Below, in pieces: positions 62,224 to 64,000 of a stretch of DNA of 64,000 bases; the stretch's first letter is position 1, and every line of letters begins with the position of its first letter. The position numbers and the translations under genes are program-made. Origin of the DNA: Scenedesmus sp. PABB004. Taxonomy: Eukaryota. The DNA lies in NCBI GenBank assembly GCA_014905635.1, contig JABVCE010000021.1, positions 434,001 to 498,000 on the forward strand. The letters are read 5' to 3'. The notes beneath the pieces were generated by a model, which worked only from the letters and a program-made list of their open reading frames with translations, had not been told where the DNA came from and searched no databases.

Positions 62224-62543
62224 GATGCGGGTGGTCGCAAGCGCCCACACCGGGAGCAGAGACCGCTCGACCGCTGCTGCTGCTAGCGGCAGCTGGTGCT
62301 CACGCACGCTCACGCAGGCCCCACCGCCAGGGCTGGCACGCTGCCTGATGCCTCAGCGTCCCCAACGTCGCGCGGCCGAGTCAGGGCGCGTGCTGCGCGC
62401 GCGCTGGCGGCGGCGGCGCTGCTCGGCGGCGGCGGCGTGTGCTGCGGGCACGTCACCAGCTCAAGGGCCAGCCCGCTCGTCACAACGCCAACGCCGCCGC
62501 TCGCTGAAAACCCCCGCCCCGGACCCCGGCACACCGCCGCGCG

Positions 62544-62846
62544 TCACCAGCCCAGGCCGTGCTGCATCACCAGGCTGGATCCCACGCCAAATGCGGCGCG
62601 CATGAGCCAGGGCGCCACGGGCAGGTTGTGCAGCCGCTGGCGGTGGTGCAGCACGCGGTGGTCGGCGGCGCGTATGGTCAGCAGGTCGGTCGCCCACACG
62701 GAGACCGCCGGCGGCAGGAACAGCGACGTGAGGGGCCCCCGCACGAGGCGCGGGAGGCGGAAGGTGATGCGGCTGATGATGCGGAGGACGTACGTGTCGC
62801 CGCCGCCGGCGCCGCGGCCGCGCCGGGGGCTCAGCCAGGCGAGCGG

Positions 62847-62879
<33 letters not shown>

Positions 62880-63686
62880 CGGCAGCACCTCGGCCTTTTC
62901 AATCTCCACCGCGACCCCCGCGACGGCGCGGCGCTTCGCGTAGAACTGCACATCCACCTGGTCGCGCCCCCAGACCTGCGCGCGGCGCACACGGCGGGGA
63001 GGCGGGGCGGGGCGTCGGCGGCGTGCTCCCGTGCCAGCCCGCGGCCGCGCCCGGAGAGCGCCAGCGCGCACCGCGACGAAGTTGTCGTCGAACGACGCTG
63101 CCTCGTCGTACGACGCCTCGAGCGCGGCGACCTGCTGCGCCTCCGGGCAGGGCTCGAACAGCGCGGCCCAGGCGCCCAGCAGCGCGAGCGCGTCGGGGCC
63201 GAGGCCGCGCGCCGCCGCGCCGGGGTCGGGCAGGCGCTCGCGCGGCAGCGGCGCCGGCGCGAGCGGGCCGAACAGCGGCGCCAGCCTCGACGGCGGCGGC
63301 GGCCCGCCGGCGCCGGGCGCGGGGCTGGGCGCCGCCGCGCGCGGCGCCGGCGGCGCCGTGGGGCTGCCGGGCGCCGCGGGCGAGCCGGCGGCGTCGCCGC
63401 TGGCGCCGCCGCAGGGGCTGCCCGGCTGCGACGGCGGCGCCTGCGCGGCCGCCACGCCGGCGGCGCGCGGCGGCGGCGGCGCGCGGGGGCTGGCCGGCGC
63501 CGCGCGCGGGCTGCCCGGCGCCGCGCGCGGGCTGCCCAGCGCCGCGCGCGGGCTGCCCGGCCGCGCCGCGGCCGCGCCTGCGTCGACCTTGCTCGCGGCG
63601 CGCGCCGCCGCCCGCTTCTGCGACGCCGTGCGCCGTGGCGCGGCGGGCGCCGGCGGCGCGGGCGCCGTGGCGGCCTCGAAGCTCAT
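62544..63686 (-). CDS. Hypothetical protein with a Pro/Ala/Ser-rich N-terminus and an NTF2/SnoaL-like C-terminal domain
   Basis: YDEAASFDDNFVA|VWGRDQVDVQFYA pattern, followed by beta-strand-like YVLRIISRITF and DLLTIR; one intron at about 62976-63071. Confidence 0.55.
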
Positions 63687-64000
63687 CCGATGCGACGCGG
63701 CGACGCGCGGCCGATGTGGCGCGCTCGGCGGCGCGCGTGCTGGCTCGCGAGGGCCTGGCGTGGCGGGGTGCGCTGCGCTGGGGTGGCGTAGTTGTCCGCG
63801 GGCACGCGCTGCGCGGTGCGGGAGGCGGCGCGCGACGTCTCTTGCGCCCCTTGCGCCGCCGCCGACGGCGGCGCCGCCGCGCCCCTCAGCCGAGCGCGAA
63901 GACCCCGGCGGTGCTGTGTCTGCCCTCTCGTTATGCGCGCGACGCCTGTCCTCCATCCCGCGCGCCCGCAGGCAGCAGCAGCGCCCTTCAAACCGCCCTC

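Noticed and set aside
80..63991. Hundreds of long overlapping Arg/Ala/Pro/Gly-rich ORFs, e.g. 41370..44375 (-) and 42464..45307 (-)
   Set aside because: Stop codons are scarce at this GC content. These ORFs are shadow frames of real genes or read through introns.

Overview
Very GC-rich, intron-dense eukaryotic nuclear DNA, inferred to be from a chlorophyte green alga (Sphaeropleales-like): TGTAA poly(A) signals, TTTAGGG motifs and transit-peptide-like N-termini are present. The species cannot be fixed from the sequence. Most long six-frame ORFs are GC artefacts or read through introns. I reconstructed about 18 spliced protein genes by eye: HNH endonuclease, PGM2-type phosphomutase, large helical-repeat protein, RPS4, a hypothetical protein, proteasome beta-1, pyruvate decarboxylase, two 4-TM proteins, a bZIP-like factor, TRAPPC2, a PAO/TIC55-type Rieske oxygenase, a long coiled-coil protein, DIS3L2, a PLAT-like membrane protein, an Mx-like dynamin, a histidine-phosphatase-like protein and an NTF2/SnoaL-like protein. 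There is also an intron-containing tRNA-Arg(CCT). Highlights: (1) the two 4-TM paralogues carry motifs resembling the animal myelin proteolipid/M6 family; (2) a rearranged 24.8-36.4 kb block, where a tRNA-anchored ~520-bp inverted repeat and a ~555-bp direct repeat each bracket a two-gene cassette; (3) unusually frequent GC-AG introns; (4) six same-phase introns at a repeated motif of the coiled-coil protein; (5) three apparent 1-nt frameshifts that are probably assembly errors. Exon boundaries are hand-derived, and family comparisons rely on recalled motifs, not searches.
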